Source: Callorhinchus milii (taxonomy: Eukaryota). From it: a DNA stretch of 64,000 nucleotides. The translations under genes and the position numbers were made by a program. The stretch lies in the NCBI RefSeq assembly GCF_018977255.1, contig NW_024704742.1:62064001-62128000 (forward strand), in the 5' to 3' direction. This document shows, one piece after another, positions 49,793 through 62,484 of the stretch; within the stretch, counting starts at the first letter, position 1, and the number at the start of each line of letters is the position of its first letter. Below the pieces are notes generated by a model that worked only from the letters and a program-made list of their open reading frames with translations, was not told the DNA's origin and did no database searches.

Positions 49793-51757
49793 ACATACCC
49801 ATTGTAAAATCGGTCCAAGATGACATGTTTTGGCCTTCTAACAAAGCATGTTAATGGATTAAAAGAACCCATAAATGGAATCAGGCATTTCATTGCATAA
49901 GGACGGTTGAATGGCATCTTTTTGCAATGTACTATACTATAATTATATGATTGTATGAGAACTCTTCAACTTAGAAATGAGGAGAAAATTACTTGAAAAA
50001 GTTCAAATAGGAAGAGAAAAGAGGAGGGAGGAGGGAAATACAGAAGAAGAAAAAAAGTCCAACAAAAAAATCCTGACTTTTTTTCATTGTCTTATTTCTA
50101 TTTAAAATTATGCAAGGCTCTGTATTTATTTAACAGTTGAGGGTGCACGTCCCAGTCGCAAAGCTCTTTGAGTAGATTTACTGCTGCAGTCGTAATTTTT
50201 TCAACACCGGAGTGCGTGTGAGCTGCAAATGTGAGTTTCCGCAGGCTTAGTTGCTGCCAAAGGGTTAAAAATTTCGATGAACTAATTACCTCACTTAAGT
50301 TTACTTTCTGCTTCTGATATAACATAATTCATTGATTCCATTGGTTTCAAAGTGCAAATACATGCCCCAGCGTGACATCAGTTATTTACCTTTACAGAAA
50401 TTTGTAGGCAGCCTGGGGACTCAATAAAATGGCACTGAGCTTCTAAGAAAATAAACTGTGCAGGATTAATTAATCATGTTGGGTCACAATATAATTTCAG
50501 GACAGATTATTGATTGTCCAACAGAGAAGTGGCTGTAACATGTTCTGCCTGTTGCTCTTTGCTTGGAGGACTCCAGAGTATTATGAGAGGCAATTAAATT
50601 GTGAAATTGAACGTGAGCTCTAAATATGAAAAAATGGCTAAGTTTCTCCACTGAAATGAATAGTAATATAAACTCTCTGCTGCTATTATGTCATCCGCAT
50701 GCCATCAGCATATTTTGGGAACATTACTGGTAATGAGGAATAAAGGCATGTGTTATTGCAGTGTTGTTTCACAAGATCTACCTAACTAATGTAATCACGT
50801 AGAGTTTGCCATTCATTCCAGCCAAATGATTACTCAGGTTTTAAAATAACATTACTACAAGTAAACAGATAAAACCTCCTGTTCTGCCCAAAAGGACGGC
50901 TTTGCAGGAAGCTCGGAGCAAAGTGGTGCTCGGAGCCAGCTGTGTAACATTTTCCTCTACCACACAAGAGCGCACAGTCTGAAGCCCTACACTAACCATA
51001 CTCAGACCATATCTAATATAATGCTTGACTGAAAGAGGAAATTGATCCCACCTGGAATACTCCGCTTTAACAAAGCTCTTATACTGCAGCCACCTGTAAA
51101 GTCCACAGAAAAGTGATGTTCGAGTTGAACTGGCCACAGTGCCAGTGCCATGCTCCATCGCTACAGGTCTTTTTGTTTATGAGCAGGTGTTTTTTGTAAA
51201 TATGGCTTCAGGGCAAGTTGCCCCAAGTGTGCCACAAGTTCTGGCATTTTTTCAAAGCTGTCCAAACTAGTTTAAAAACATTTCAGGGCCAAACGCTGCG
51301 CTAGCTGACCCCTGGATTTACTGTTTGTTTGAGTTTCAATAAATCTTAAAAACACCTTGTGTAACACTTTTACAGTAATATACACAATTATTTGTCTTTG
51401 CCCGGACAAAGAAAAGTAAATCTATCAGATGCTGTATAAATACAGCACTTAACACTGTAGACTGTGTGATCTCAATCAAGGGACTGTGGGATACCAGGGG
51501 CTGCCAGAGAACTCTTTACACTATTTATGCTTCTGGGAAATCAATCTGTCCAAACAAAGCTATTGAGAAAAAGTAGAGATATGAGCAGGACACACTGTTA
51601 CTTTAAAATGACTATATTATCAATTAATAGGCACAAGAAAACATGTATCTCCTCCCGGACCTGATAATTACTATGGAAATGTGACGGTGATGTTTTGTTC
51701 CCTTTTCCATGCTCTCGCTCTGTGTTTCCATCAGATCACAGCACTCTGTCAGTTGGA

Positions 51758-52195
51758 CTTTTTGTTTTGCTCGGCCGGGTTTCCGTCTGATACATGCGGT
51801 AACCCATTACCCTGCTTCAGAGTATCATCATCAATAACAACAACAACAAATTACATTTGTATAGCGCCTTTCACGTTGGGAGGATGTCCCAAGGCGCTGG
51901 ACAATCAAGGATTTGGACCTGAGCAGGGGGTTGGGATCAGGAGGGTGGAAGGCACTGAGGGTAGGGGTGAAAGGGTGGCCAAAGGTGCAATCAAAGAGGA
52001 GGGTCTTGAGACATGCCTTGAAGGAGGCAAGGGAGGGAGCAAGGCAAAGGGGCTGTGGGATAGTGTTCCAAAGGTCATCCAAACTGGACTAAGAGCTCTA
52101 CTAATACAATATAAGCATGGAAATTTCCCTGTGCTTGGTATGTAATGTGCATTCTCTCCCCAGAGGGACGCACCCTACTTCCTTAACTCCGCTGG
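51758..52195 (-). repeat. Family E repeat split by an L2 3' end (51832-52075)
   Basis: CCCTGCTTCAGAGTATC | L2 | CCAAACTGGAC...GGAAATTTCCCTGTG..GAGGGACGCACCCTACTT. Confidence 0.75.
51832..52075 (-). mobile_element. L2 3' end
   Basis: ORF LWNTIPQPLCLAPSLASFKACLKTLLFDCTF; tail. Confidence 0.9.
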
Positions 52196-52599
52196 ACCAC
52201 CCTACCTAATACTTAGGGCTTTAACTTGCAGGTTTAACTTGAACCATGTGGGAACAGTCCCTACTCAGAGTGGTAATTTAAATTTAAAACCTGATTGAAG
52301 CTAAAATTAGAATCCTTGGAGATGAATTGGCTCAAAGATGATTTACGTGGCAACAGAATGTCAAGAGGGAGTAAACCCTCTGTGGTGATCTCGGTGTTCC
52401 AGTTTCTGAGCCACACAGGTCTACAATACTTCAGGGCATTGCCGATGACAGACCAGATCAGAGTGGCTCATCGAACATGGCGGAGCAGGTCAAATCCTGG
52501 GGGCAGGGATAGGATGGTCCTAGCTGGACAAGTAGGGGGAGGTTTGCCAGGCATCCCATGGCAAGCTATATAGTTTTAGCTTGTTAAACTCCAGCAGTA

Positions 52600-52808
52600 C
52601 CCAACATACCCTCTGGGATCCCCAAGCTCTTGTCATCTGGCTCTAATACTCTCTAGAATCAGGTAAGCAGGATGTATCCCTTCAGGGAGAAAATGAGTAT
52701 TCAGTTCCAATACACATGAATTTTCACGTAAGGTGGGCTGTATGAAATACTTAGTTTAGTTTGGATACTCTTAAGCATGGTGATGGGCACATGGCTGACC
52801 AAAAAAAA
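52600..52808 (+). repeat. Family E repeat ending GCTGACCAAAAAAAA
   Basis: GGTAAGCAGGATGTATCCCTTCAGGGAGA...TTTGGATACTCTTAAGCATGGTGAT..GCTGACC(A)n. Confidence 0.7.
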
Positions 52809-53099
52809 TCATACAATTATTGAATGTTACTGCAGAGAAACATGCCAGTTAGAATAAATTATCATGTTGTGCACTGGTGTTTTTCTCCACTTCATCTCAC
52901 ATTTAATCTTAATTTATTCCAATCCTACTCTGCTCCTCTCTTACCCTTTGTATGTAATGTAAACTGTTTGCGGGTTTATTTTCCCCAATCTCTCAAACCC
53001 AAAGCAGCACTCACAAAAATAGTTTGGATGGCTTGTGGTCCAACCATTGTAATAAATAATAATAATAATCCTCTGATATAGTGCTTTATTACATATTCA

Positions 53100-53372
53100 A
53101 GACCATTGAGGGGCAGGCCTTCAGCTACTCTGCTCCCACCATCTGGAATTCTATCCCACAGTCCCTCCACCTCAGCCCCTCCCTTTCCTCATTCAAGACC
53201 CATCCCAAGACCCTCCTATTTGACCGTGCCTTCGATCACCTTCCTTCCTCCACTGCCCTCCTCCCTCCTCCATTCCGACCGCCAGCTCGGGTCTGAAACA
53301 TTGATTGCCTAGCGCCTTGGGATGTCCTTCCGACATGAAAGGTGCTGTACAAATGTAATTTTGTTATTGTTG
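53100..53372 (+). mobile_element. L2 3' end
   Basis: TIEGQAFSYSAPTIWNSIPQSLHLSPSLSSFKTHPKTLLFDRAF. Confidence 0.9.
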
Positions 53373-55989
53373 CCTCAAAGTGCTTCACAGAATATACCGT
53401 GAAGTGAATTGATTGTAGGATTAACAGACAAATCGCCGTCTTTCGATTTTGACGGGCCACATTTTTCAATAATTGTTGGCACTGATACTAATTAATACAG
53501 CACAGGTTGCAAGTTTCATCCATGAGCTACCATTGTAGTGTTTGTGTCAAGCTCTGCCACTGTTAAGATAAGAGCTCTGAGACACTACCTGTATAAGGGC
53601 GCTTTATAAATGCAAGCTGTTGTTGTTTTTAAACTGACTTAGTTTCCGTTTTGGATTCTCCCATTCTGAGGGTAAAATCTGCAGACCCAGGCCTCAGAAA
53701 ATGCCAGACTACAGTTAAATGTTGGGTTGTATGTCACAGTGAATGGGTGCCCACAGTCCTCTCATGCTTGACTTCTACTCAACACCTCCTTATGGAAATT
53801 TGCAACTCACTCCATGAGAATTTATGGCCACAAATCCATGTCCAACGACATTCATAGCTATATTAAAAGTTAGCAATTAAATAGTTGTTATTCTTTGATG
53901 TCAAACTGTTAATTAGCAAACATTCCTTTGTCTTATGAGTAATGTCAGTGTTTCACAATTATTGCATCAAACCTTCCACATCATGTTAACTCTTAGAGAG
54001 GTACACGACAAGACAATTTGCATTTATATATTATCTTTCACATTGGGATGATGTCCCAAAGCACATTCACAATGTGTACTTACAGAGTACAAACAAATTA
54101 TGGAGCAATAAAGGAGTATAGTTTAGACAGCTCTTTCCAACAGATCACTACCATGGCACCTCCCACTTTGTTTCATCTTGTTAGATGTTAATGAAAAAGA
54201 AGATACAACTTGGGAAAATTGCTTCCTGAAGTTAAATGAAGCTGCGGGATATCAATCTAACAATCTGCATTATTCAACCCAAGGAAATTGAATTCCGCAA
54301 TTGATACAATACAATTTTCATTTACATAGTGGACTTTCACATCGGGAAGATAACTCAAAGCATTTGATTGTAATGGTAACCATACAAGATGGCACATGTC
54401 CAGCTAGGAATACCTTATCAGTTCAAGCTTTTACTTGCTCAGCACCCTTTAAAATCCAGAAAGAAGTGTCAACCACCAAGAAGTGCCTTGGGTTCACTGC
54501 AGGTGTTTGGCTTTGTCAGGCATGCCACCTCACAACCATTTGAGCCACAAGGAGTTTGCACTTACTTAACTCTTGCATCCAGAAGAATATATGGGGTACT
54601 CATTTCATCCACCTCAAAAAGGACTGAGTGCACTCATCAAGATTTGGGCCTATGTCAGGCAAAGAAACTACCCAAGGTAATATTCATATACTCTCTTGGG
54701 GACTGGAGCAAATTATTATTTGTATTACCCTTCTAGGCACCAGTTTATGGATGTCTCAGTTATGATAGAAGCACGGGTGTCTGCCCCAGGCACATTCCGG
54801 TTCGAAACAGATTTGTAGAAAAGGGCAACCTGCTCATAAGCAGTGTTGACCGTACTATAAAACAGTAAGAACTGTCCATCTCCCACAGATGTCTTGTCAC
54901 ATGTTTCACATTAATAGGGAATAATAAAAATACATGAATCAGTTTGGAGAGGTTATTTTGGTACATGGCCATGGAAATTACTCATGGGGATTATCCCCCC
55001 AGTGTTAAACAGTTCTTGTGGTTCCCCTTCACCGGCTTGCAGTCTCCTTGAACAGACAACACCTGACACCATCCTCTTTCATCTGTTGACACGACGGTTA
55101 TTAAATTAGCCAACCTGGCACAGGACAGCTCCAATCACAACCCCACATCAGCGGGCCTGAAAATGATTGATACCCCAATGGTCAGAAACAGTCAGCAACT
55201 TATTGCTATCAATTCAACTCCCCACAGAGGCAGGGTCTGGGCCAGAGGGAGTATCTGAAACATCTTTCTTTGAACTTCAATATCACACTTGATTAAACAG
55301 AGGTTTCATAAAAAAAATCAAAGGAATGCTTTGCACTTAATCCTCCTTTCTCCGTCACAGGGAATTCTTTCCAATAATATTAATACACTAACAATCATGC
55401 CATAAAATTTCTTCGGTCATTAAAAAAAACTCCATTAAAAAATCACTTTCAAAATGTTGTTTGCAGTCAGCAGGGTCAGTGACATCCAAGTGTATCAGAC
55501 ACCTGTAAAACTTACCAGACCATTTAATTGGACTTCAAGTCGTGGTGTACCTTAATTGCAAGATGCTTTAAGCTTAACCTTGCATGTGGGAGGCAGTGAC
55601 GTCACCTATTTAACAGAAAATGTTTTCTTAGTGCCAAGCGTTACAAAGGTGGCCAAAAATTTGCTAAAAGAGTTGAACTTCGGGTGTTACGTTTTGCCCA
55701 CTCCTCTAACTGACCTTTAACATTTACCCTTATCTTTCTCAGAGCCATATTCTCCAGGGTCAAACAGCAGAGGTCACCGATGTGTCTGCACACACTGTAA
55801 CATTCCATAAATGAGCTCTCCTACCAAAGCATGAATACCTTTATAACAGGGCACCGGGAAGAGAACATTTTAACAGAATTGTTTCTTCAGTTGTTTTCGC
55901 GAGAACTGGAATTTAATTACTGCCAAAATTTGTTTCCTTTAAGTATAGTCACAAAGAAAAACCCTCTGAGGGCAGAGGGCTTCAAAACA

Positions 55990-56125
55990 TTTCATTCACT
56001 TCTGAGGCCCCAGGTTTGAATCCAGTCCAAAGAAGTTAGATAAAGATCTCCTCTCTGAAAGTAGCTAAGAGTTTAAAATGAAAAGTGTTTGAGGAGTTTT
56101 TATCCTGTTCCCAATGGATGCAGTA
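55990..56125 (+). mobile_element. LF-SINE-like remnant
   Basis: TTCACTTCTGAGGCCCCAGGTTTGAATCCAGTCC resembles remembered LF-SINE TTCACCTCTAGGTCACTGGTTCAAATCCAGCCC; TGAAAAGTGTTTGAGGAG..TCCTGTTCCCAATGGA resembles TGAAATGAGTTGGTGG..TCCAGTTCCTAGTGGA. Confidence 0.45.
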
Positions 56126-57049
56126 CTAATATGTACCAATTTAACAATTTCACTGTGAGGCCACAGGAATAGAGAATGTGAGAAATTGGGATGTCGCATT
56201 GATGAGAAGACAGTGCTCTTCTGGGTTTGATATTTCAGTGATTCAGAAAAGTGTTTGGCTACAGCACGGTAGCACTGCCATTACCTGTGTCAGTGCTAAC
56301 ATATCTTCAGGCTTGGCATCTGGTTACAGTGCATGTATAATTTCTCCACTTTGTTTCTGTTAATGTGCCTATAAATACGCAGTCACTGCACTTATTATAA
56401 AGTGCTTTAAGGCATTTCAACATTATAGCCGTTATAGTAAATACAAGTACAGACATAGAAGTGGTTTTTTTTTAGTTTGATGTTAAGCCACATCTTTACA
56501 AGGAATCAGTGGGAGTTTTGCATTGCATCTGACCTGTGCCATACATAACATAAGAATATTTTACCAGCCATTTGCACTAGACAAAATCACATACTTGGGA
56601 TTCCTTGTTCTAGTCGCATGTGCAATGTGATCTGGATTAAGTAGTTAGTGAAAAGTAAACCCAGCATTGGACGTGGACCTCTTAACATCAAGCTGACTGG
56701 CACATCATCGCTCAGTGAGTAGGGATGCCTAAATTGTGGGCAGGAAGATATTGGCAATGATCTTCTGCGTCTCATTCTGAGCTGAGCTGCTCAACAGGAA
56801 GCTTGCAGGAAGCTCCTGATACCTGCTATCCAAGTAGTGCTTGTTATATGTCAGATTACCAAGTAATGATAAGGTAGGGGGTGTGGGGTCTCCTCGGGAC
56901 TGAGCTGACTCCAGGTTGACTTGCTTGGCAGCAGAATGTGAAATTGAGTCGACTTCCTGAGGCAGTCTCAATAGTCCAGTTCCTAACTCAGTACTTCAAG
57001 GCAATGCTGAAGATAGACAGCAGCCTGGCTCTTCGGAGGGACTTGAAGG

Positions 57050-57258
57050 GGCAAACCAGTCACTGCCAACCTGTGCGTAATACTTTCCGGGATTAAGTAA
57101 GCAGGGTGCATCCCTCCAGAGAGAGAGTGTGCATTTCCATTCCAGACACAGGAACATTTCCATGAGTAGATGGCATAATTTGTGGAACTCAGTCTGGTTT
57201 AGATGCTGTTAAACATGCTGATGGTTTCCTCATGCATCGGACACCCAGCTGACCAAAA
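57050..57258 (+). repeat. Family E repeat
   Basis: CCGGGATTAAGTAAGCAGGGTGCATCCCTCCAGAGAGAGAGTGTGCAT...ACACCCAGCTGACCAAAA. Confidence 0.75.
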
Positions 57259-58124
57259 GTGTTTTCCTAATGCCAGTGGATAAGATACTGCATTCAAAAT
57301 CTAGGTCTGCCTAGGTACCTGATAAGCAAAATGTTGTGAAGTGATGCATCAACACTGAGTGAAAAAAGCATTCATTTCAAATTTAATTTCAGCAAAACTG
57401 GCTTTGTAAAGCTTAAAATACTCAAAGTGTGTCTTGAATTAAATGAGATTTGTTTCACTTTGACATCACCAAGTAGAACAGCCACAGAAAGTTCAAAGCC
57501 CCTTGTTTGACATTACAGCTCAGCAAGAGAATTATGTCTTTGCTTGGCAATTTTGGGCCTCACTGGAACCTGCAATATCCCAGCTATTTGACTAATGAAA
57601 ATTTTTATTGTCTATTTTCGCTCATGTTCATTTGCTAATGTTCATTAAATTAAACATGAAAATCAATGACTTCATGGTTCGCTGCGTAACTCTTTCCACT
57701 CTGAGTACAATAGTTCAGTTCTTCTCATTTCTCCTAGAGCCGTGCTGATCTTTTGATTTAAAGCAAGGGACAACCTAGATCAATACCACTCTTGGAAAGA
57801 TTCTGAAAAAAAAACTCATCCAATAATTGTAACCCTAATTTCAACATAAATGGATCAAGCACAGCGACTTGAAACTACCATAGTATAAATCTTGGTTTGA
57901 ATTTGCTGAAAAGTAACCCAATGTAACACCTCCAAGAGGTTAAAATTTTGGAAAGAATGTCTTACAATTCCAGTTACACAGGATACAAAGACTCCAACTA
58001 AAACTGAGATTTCTTCAGGCGATCCTGGGAGTTTTCTCATATCAGTTCATAATTGCCTTCACACAGAACAACTTTGTGCAAATCTATTTCTTACATAGCC
58101 TGGAAAACAAATACACTGTGTAAA

Positions 58125-58540
58125 AGCTGGCTCAGGTGGTAGCACTCTCGCTTCTGAGTCAGAAGATTGTGGTTCAAACCTCTTCATTGGTTTGAGCTTA
58201 TAGTGCAGGTTGACAAATCAGGGCAGTACTGGGGGAGTGCTGCATTGTCAGAGATACCATTCTTCAGATGAGATGCTAAACTAAAGTCCTATTTGCCTGT
58301 TCAGGTAGACATTTAAAAAGTGAAGGGAGTTTCTCCAAGTGTCCTTGGTAACAATTTCCACCAGATAAAAAATGGCCATTCTTCACTATTTGTGAGACGT
58401 TGCTGTGCACAAATTGGCTACCATGTTTGTCTACAAAACATACATTCGCTACACACCAGAGTAAATCCTGTGAAGAGGTTCAAGTCATTTCAAGAACGTG
58501 ATAGGGCATAATATCAAATGCAACTATTATTATTGTTATT
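58125..58540 (+). mobile_element. SINE family B, near full length
   Basis: GCTGGCTCAGGTGGTAGCACTCTCGCTTCTGAGTCAGAAGATTGTGGTTCAAA head; Deu core; tail. Confidence 0.9.
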
Positions 58541-58692
58541 AAATGATTTATGCTTTAGTTAATTGATTCTCAACAAAGTTGAACATTTGAAGTTTGGCAT
58601 AACAGGCTCAAGACAGAATCTGAAAGCAATTTGGTCAATAAATCAACTGATGGGCTATGATTTATAGATTAGTGTATAATAACACCACCATC

Positions 58693-59966
58693 GAAATTAC
58701 ATTTGTATAGTGCCTTTCACATCAGCAGGATGTCCCAAAGTGCTGGACAATCAGTGTTTCGGACCTGAACTAGGGGACGGGATCGGGGAGGGTGGATGCC
58801 GGTCAGAAGGAGGGTGACCGAAGGCAAGGTTGAAGAGGAGAGTCAAGAGACAGGTCTTGAAGGAGGCAAGGGAGGGGACAAGGTGGAGGGACTGAGGGAT
58901 GGAGTTCCAGAGGGTGGGGGCAGAGTGGCTGAAGGCCCGCCCATCAATGGTGGGGAGGGCAAGGTGGGGGATGTGAAGCAGACTGGAGCCCACTGAGTGG
59001 AGTGAGTGGGCAGGTTGGTAGGGTGTTAGGACGTTGCAGAAGTAGATGGGAGGGTGGGGCAAGGCCATGGAGAGCTTTGAAAGTGAAGACCAGGATCTTT
59101 CACTGTGTGGTGGGAACCAGTGGAGTCGGGCGAGGATGGGGGAGTTAGGGTCGCGTGGAGCCTGGTGCGGAAAAGGAAATGGGCTGCAGAGTTCTGGAGG
59201 AACTGCAGCCTATAAAGGGAGGAGTTGCGGGGGCCAACATGCAGGGAGTTTGTGTAGTTGAGCCTGGATGCTTTGAATGCGTGTATGAGGGTTTCGGCGG
59301 CCTGTGGTATGAGACAGTGGCGGAGCCGGGCGATGTTGCGGAGGTGGGGGAAGGCAGAGCGGGTCATGGCATAGATGTGGGGTAGAAAGGATAGTTGAGG
59401 TTCAAACAAGACCCCAAGGTTCCGGACTGGCTTAGTGAGGTGGAGTTTGTATCCATGGATGGTGATGCTGTCAGCGCCTGAGGTGTAGAGGCGCTGACGG
59501 GAGCCAATCAGGAGAGCCTCAGACTTATTGACATTCAACTTTAGAAAGTTGTCTCTCATCCAGGAGTTGATGTCTGACAGACACTGTCAGGACAGCAGTG
59601 GTCCTGGAGTCAAGGGTGGAGGCAGCGAGGTAGAGTTGCGTGTCATCCACATACATGTAGAGTTGCTCCCATGTCTGCGGATGATGTCACCAAGAGGGAA
59701 CATGTGCAGGTTGAAGAGGAGGGGATGAAGGACATAGCCGTGAGGAATGCCGCACGAGACAGTGCAGGGGCTAGAGGAGAAACCGTTCGTGGAGATGAAG
59801 TGGGGACAGTGTGAGGGGTAGTATCTGAACCATTCATGGACAGAACCATGAAGGTTGAGGTGAGAGGAGAGGTGGTGGAGGAAGATAGAGTGGTCAACTT
59901 ATCAAAGGCAGCAGAGAGGTCAAAGAGGATGAGGATGCAGAGGGAGCCCAGGTCGTAAATGGACAT
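58693..59966 (-). mobile_element. Longest L2 fragment, including the RT catalytic region (frameshifted)
   Basis: LILFDLSAAFD; MYVDDTQL at about 59632-59656; WMRDNFLKLNVNKSEALLIG; VRNLGVLF; QNSAA; tail. Confidence 0.95.
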
Positions 59967-60034
59967 TATGTAATTTTAGGTCTAATCAGATGGCCCACAA
60001 TAATCTATTCTAATCCTACAAATTCCTATTTTAA

Positions 60035-60430
60035 GTGTCAGCCGAAATCAGTTGTTTGCATTTTGAGCTCTGAATCAGAAGATTGTGGTTTCAAGGCCTC
60101 CATTGAAATTTTGAGCCTCAAAGTCCAGGCTGATATTCCAGTGCAGTGCTGGGGGAGTGTTGCATTGTTGGGGCACTGGCCTTCATTTAAAACATTAAAC
60201 CAAGTTCCCTTCTGCCTTTTCATGTGACACTATTTGAAATGTGAAGTGAGTTTCTCTCAGTATTCTGGCCAACAATCTCTCAGATAAAAAAATGACCACA
60301 TGTTTTGTGGGATATTGCTCTGAGCAAATTGTCTGTGACGTTTAGATTACAAATATAGACTACTCTGTGAAGCACTTTGAGATGTTTCTCCATGATAAGA
60401 TGCTACGTTAGATATAAGCATTATTATTTT
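60035..60430 (+). mobile_element. Degenerate SINE family B
   Basis: CTCTGAATCAGAAGATTGTGG head; GGCTGATATTCCAGTGCAGTGCTGGGGGAGTG. Confidence 0.8.
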
Positions 60431-60603
60431 TTTGTAAAAAGAAACCACATACTTTGTAATCAAAATCACCAATCAACAGTAGAGGGGATTGCCAATAGTA
60501 TTTTTTCTATCTACTTAGTTCTACTGTTTCTTGGATGTTACTAGTCGTTACAGCTATCAAGAAAGAATAATAATAATCCTTATTATAATATTATACTATA
60601 GAT

Positions 60604-60865
60604 AATAATAATAATCCTTGCTTTTGATATAGTACCTTATCACATCTTCGAAACGTCTCAAAGCGCATCACAGAATATACTGGAAAGTGAATATACTGTA
60701 TATCTTGTCTATATATATACACAAAATTTTGCATGTATATATATACATATCCTGCCTACAAAATACACAGTCAATCCACTTTACAATATATTCTGTGAAG
60801 TGCTTTGAGATGACTCAACAACGTGATAAGATGTTATATCAAATTCAAGGATTATTATTATTATT
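60604..60865. mobile_element. Inverted pair of SINE 3' tails around a TA-rich spacer
   Basis: Minus tail 60604-60690; plus tail about 60750-60865. Confidence 0.8.
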
Positions 60866-60894
60866 CTTTCTTGATAGCTGTATATATTGTATTA

Positions 60895-61258
60895 TATATA
60901 GAATACAGAATGGACAGGTTAGAGCTTTTCTTTCTGAAGATGAAACAATCAAAAGGGGACATGATAGAATGTTTAAATTATGAAACGATCCAATAAAGTG
61001 GCTATCATTTGGCTATGAATCTAATACAAAGGACATGCAGAAGGTGGTGAGGATGTGGAAGTCAATGCTGGAAGCTGTGACTGAAGCAGAAAGCATTAAC
61101 ATATTTAAAAGGAAACTCAATGCATACATGAGGGAAAAGAGATTATGGGAGAAGGCATTGGAATGGGTGGATACTCATGTGGAGAATAAACACTAGGACA
61201 GATCATTTGAGCTGAATGGCCTCTTTCGGTATTGTGCAGTCTGTGTAATTCCATGTTG
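60895..61258 (+). mobile_element. CR1 3' end
   Basis: GCTGTGACTGAAGCAGAAAGC..TTTAAAAGGAAACTCAATGCATACATG; GAGCTGAATGGCCT tail. Confidence 0.8.
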
Positions 61259-61997
61259 AAGAAATGATTCATAGTCAGTTTTTCCAATTTTTCTCCCAAA
61301 GACGCTCATTGTGATATGGCTTCACAGCCATTTACAGTCTTCTGGGACCTTATTCTTATTCTTTTGTGAGCCTAGAGGCAAAGTGGGTAGAAATGTACTC
61401 TTTAAGGAGAGTTGTTTGTCACAATGGTACAGCTGACAAGTATCATTCCTGGGCAAGCATCAAATGCCATAATTTGGATTAAGTCTCCCTGGAGCGAAAT
61501 CTACCACTATTGCCAATTGTTAAGAACCAGCAGGTGTAACTACAACTTGGTACAGCCATAATCTGAAACATACTGTACTCAGTGACAACTCAATAGCTAT
61601 AGATGGTTTTACTGCTGAATGATAGGTATTTGCCATTGAATACATTTTGCTGCATGAAACACCACTTCCAGATGCATTAAATGCATCACCATTTCTTTCA
61701 GAAACAATAACACTAATAGCAGTTACATTAATACTAAATGAGATCATTATCAGCAAACATTCCTTAAAAGTTAATCTATTGAATGTTTTTCAATATTCAT
61801 ACCAGATTTTGTAAATTATACCTTGTTGTGTGGATTCAAGTTGAAAATTGTTCTGTTTTTCATTAAAGTAATTCGCATCTGACCCACGAGTGGTGCAAAC
61901 ATTCTGAGCTAGTTATAATTTTATAATTTTTGTTTTATTCAGAATAAAATTTCTGCCATGTATGTTTGCTTTTTTTTAAAAAAAGTGTGGTAACCAT

Positions 61998-62480
61998 ACA
62001 ACAACAACAACAACTTGGATTTATATAGCGCCCTCCACGCCGGACGGCATCTCAGAGCGCTTTACAGTTTCGTATCCCAGGGCCGAGCCAGGGGGAGGGG
62101 GGGAAGGTGACCAAAGGTGCAGTCGAAAAGAAAGGTCTTCAGCAGAGACCTGAAAATGGGAAGGGAGGGAGCGAGACGAAGGGATTGAGGAAGGCAGTTC
62201 CAGAGCCTCGGGGCATAGTGGCTGAAGGCACGGCCGCCGAGGGTGGAGTGGAGGACTCGGGGGACAAGGAGGAGGCCAGACCCGGAGGAACGAAGGCAAC
62301 GGGTACTGTTTTGAGGAGAGAGGAGGTCAGAGAGGTAGGGGGTTCCAGAGGAATGCAGGGACTTGAATACAAGGGTGAGGATCTTGAAGTCGATCCTCTC
62401 TGAGATAGGCAGCCAGTGCAGTCTGGCAAGGACTGGAATGATCGGGGAGCGGAGTTTCGTGCCAGTGAGAATTTGGGCAG
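61998..62480 (-). mobile_element. L2 3' fragment with open frame
   Basis: IIPVLARLHWLPISERIDFKILTLVFKSLH..TPYLSDLL...LGGRAFSHYAPRLWNCLP..LKTFLFDCTF. Confidence 0.95.
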
Positions 62481-62484
62481 GCAA

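Noticed and set aside
50841..51158. 105-aa minus-strand ORF in unique sequence
   Set aside because: No recognisable domain; the length is compatible with chance.
59026..59559. 177-aa ORF (and 62062-62562, 62363-62827, 14243-14731) as host genes
   Set aside because: All are L2 ORF2 fragments or alternative frames of them; truncated and frameshifted.
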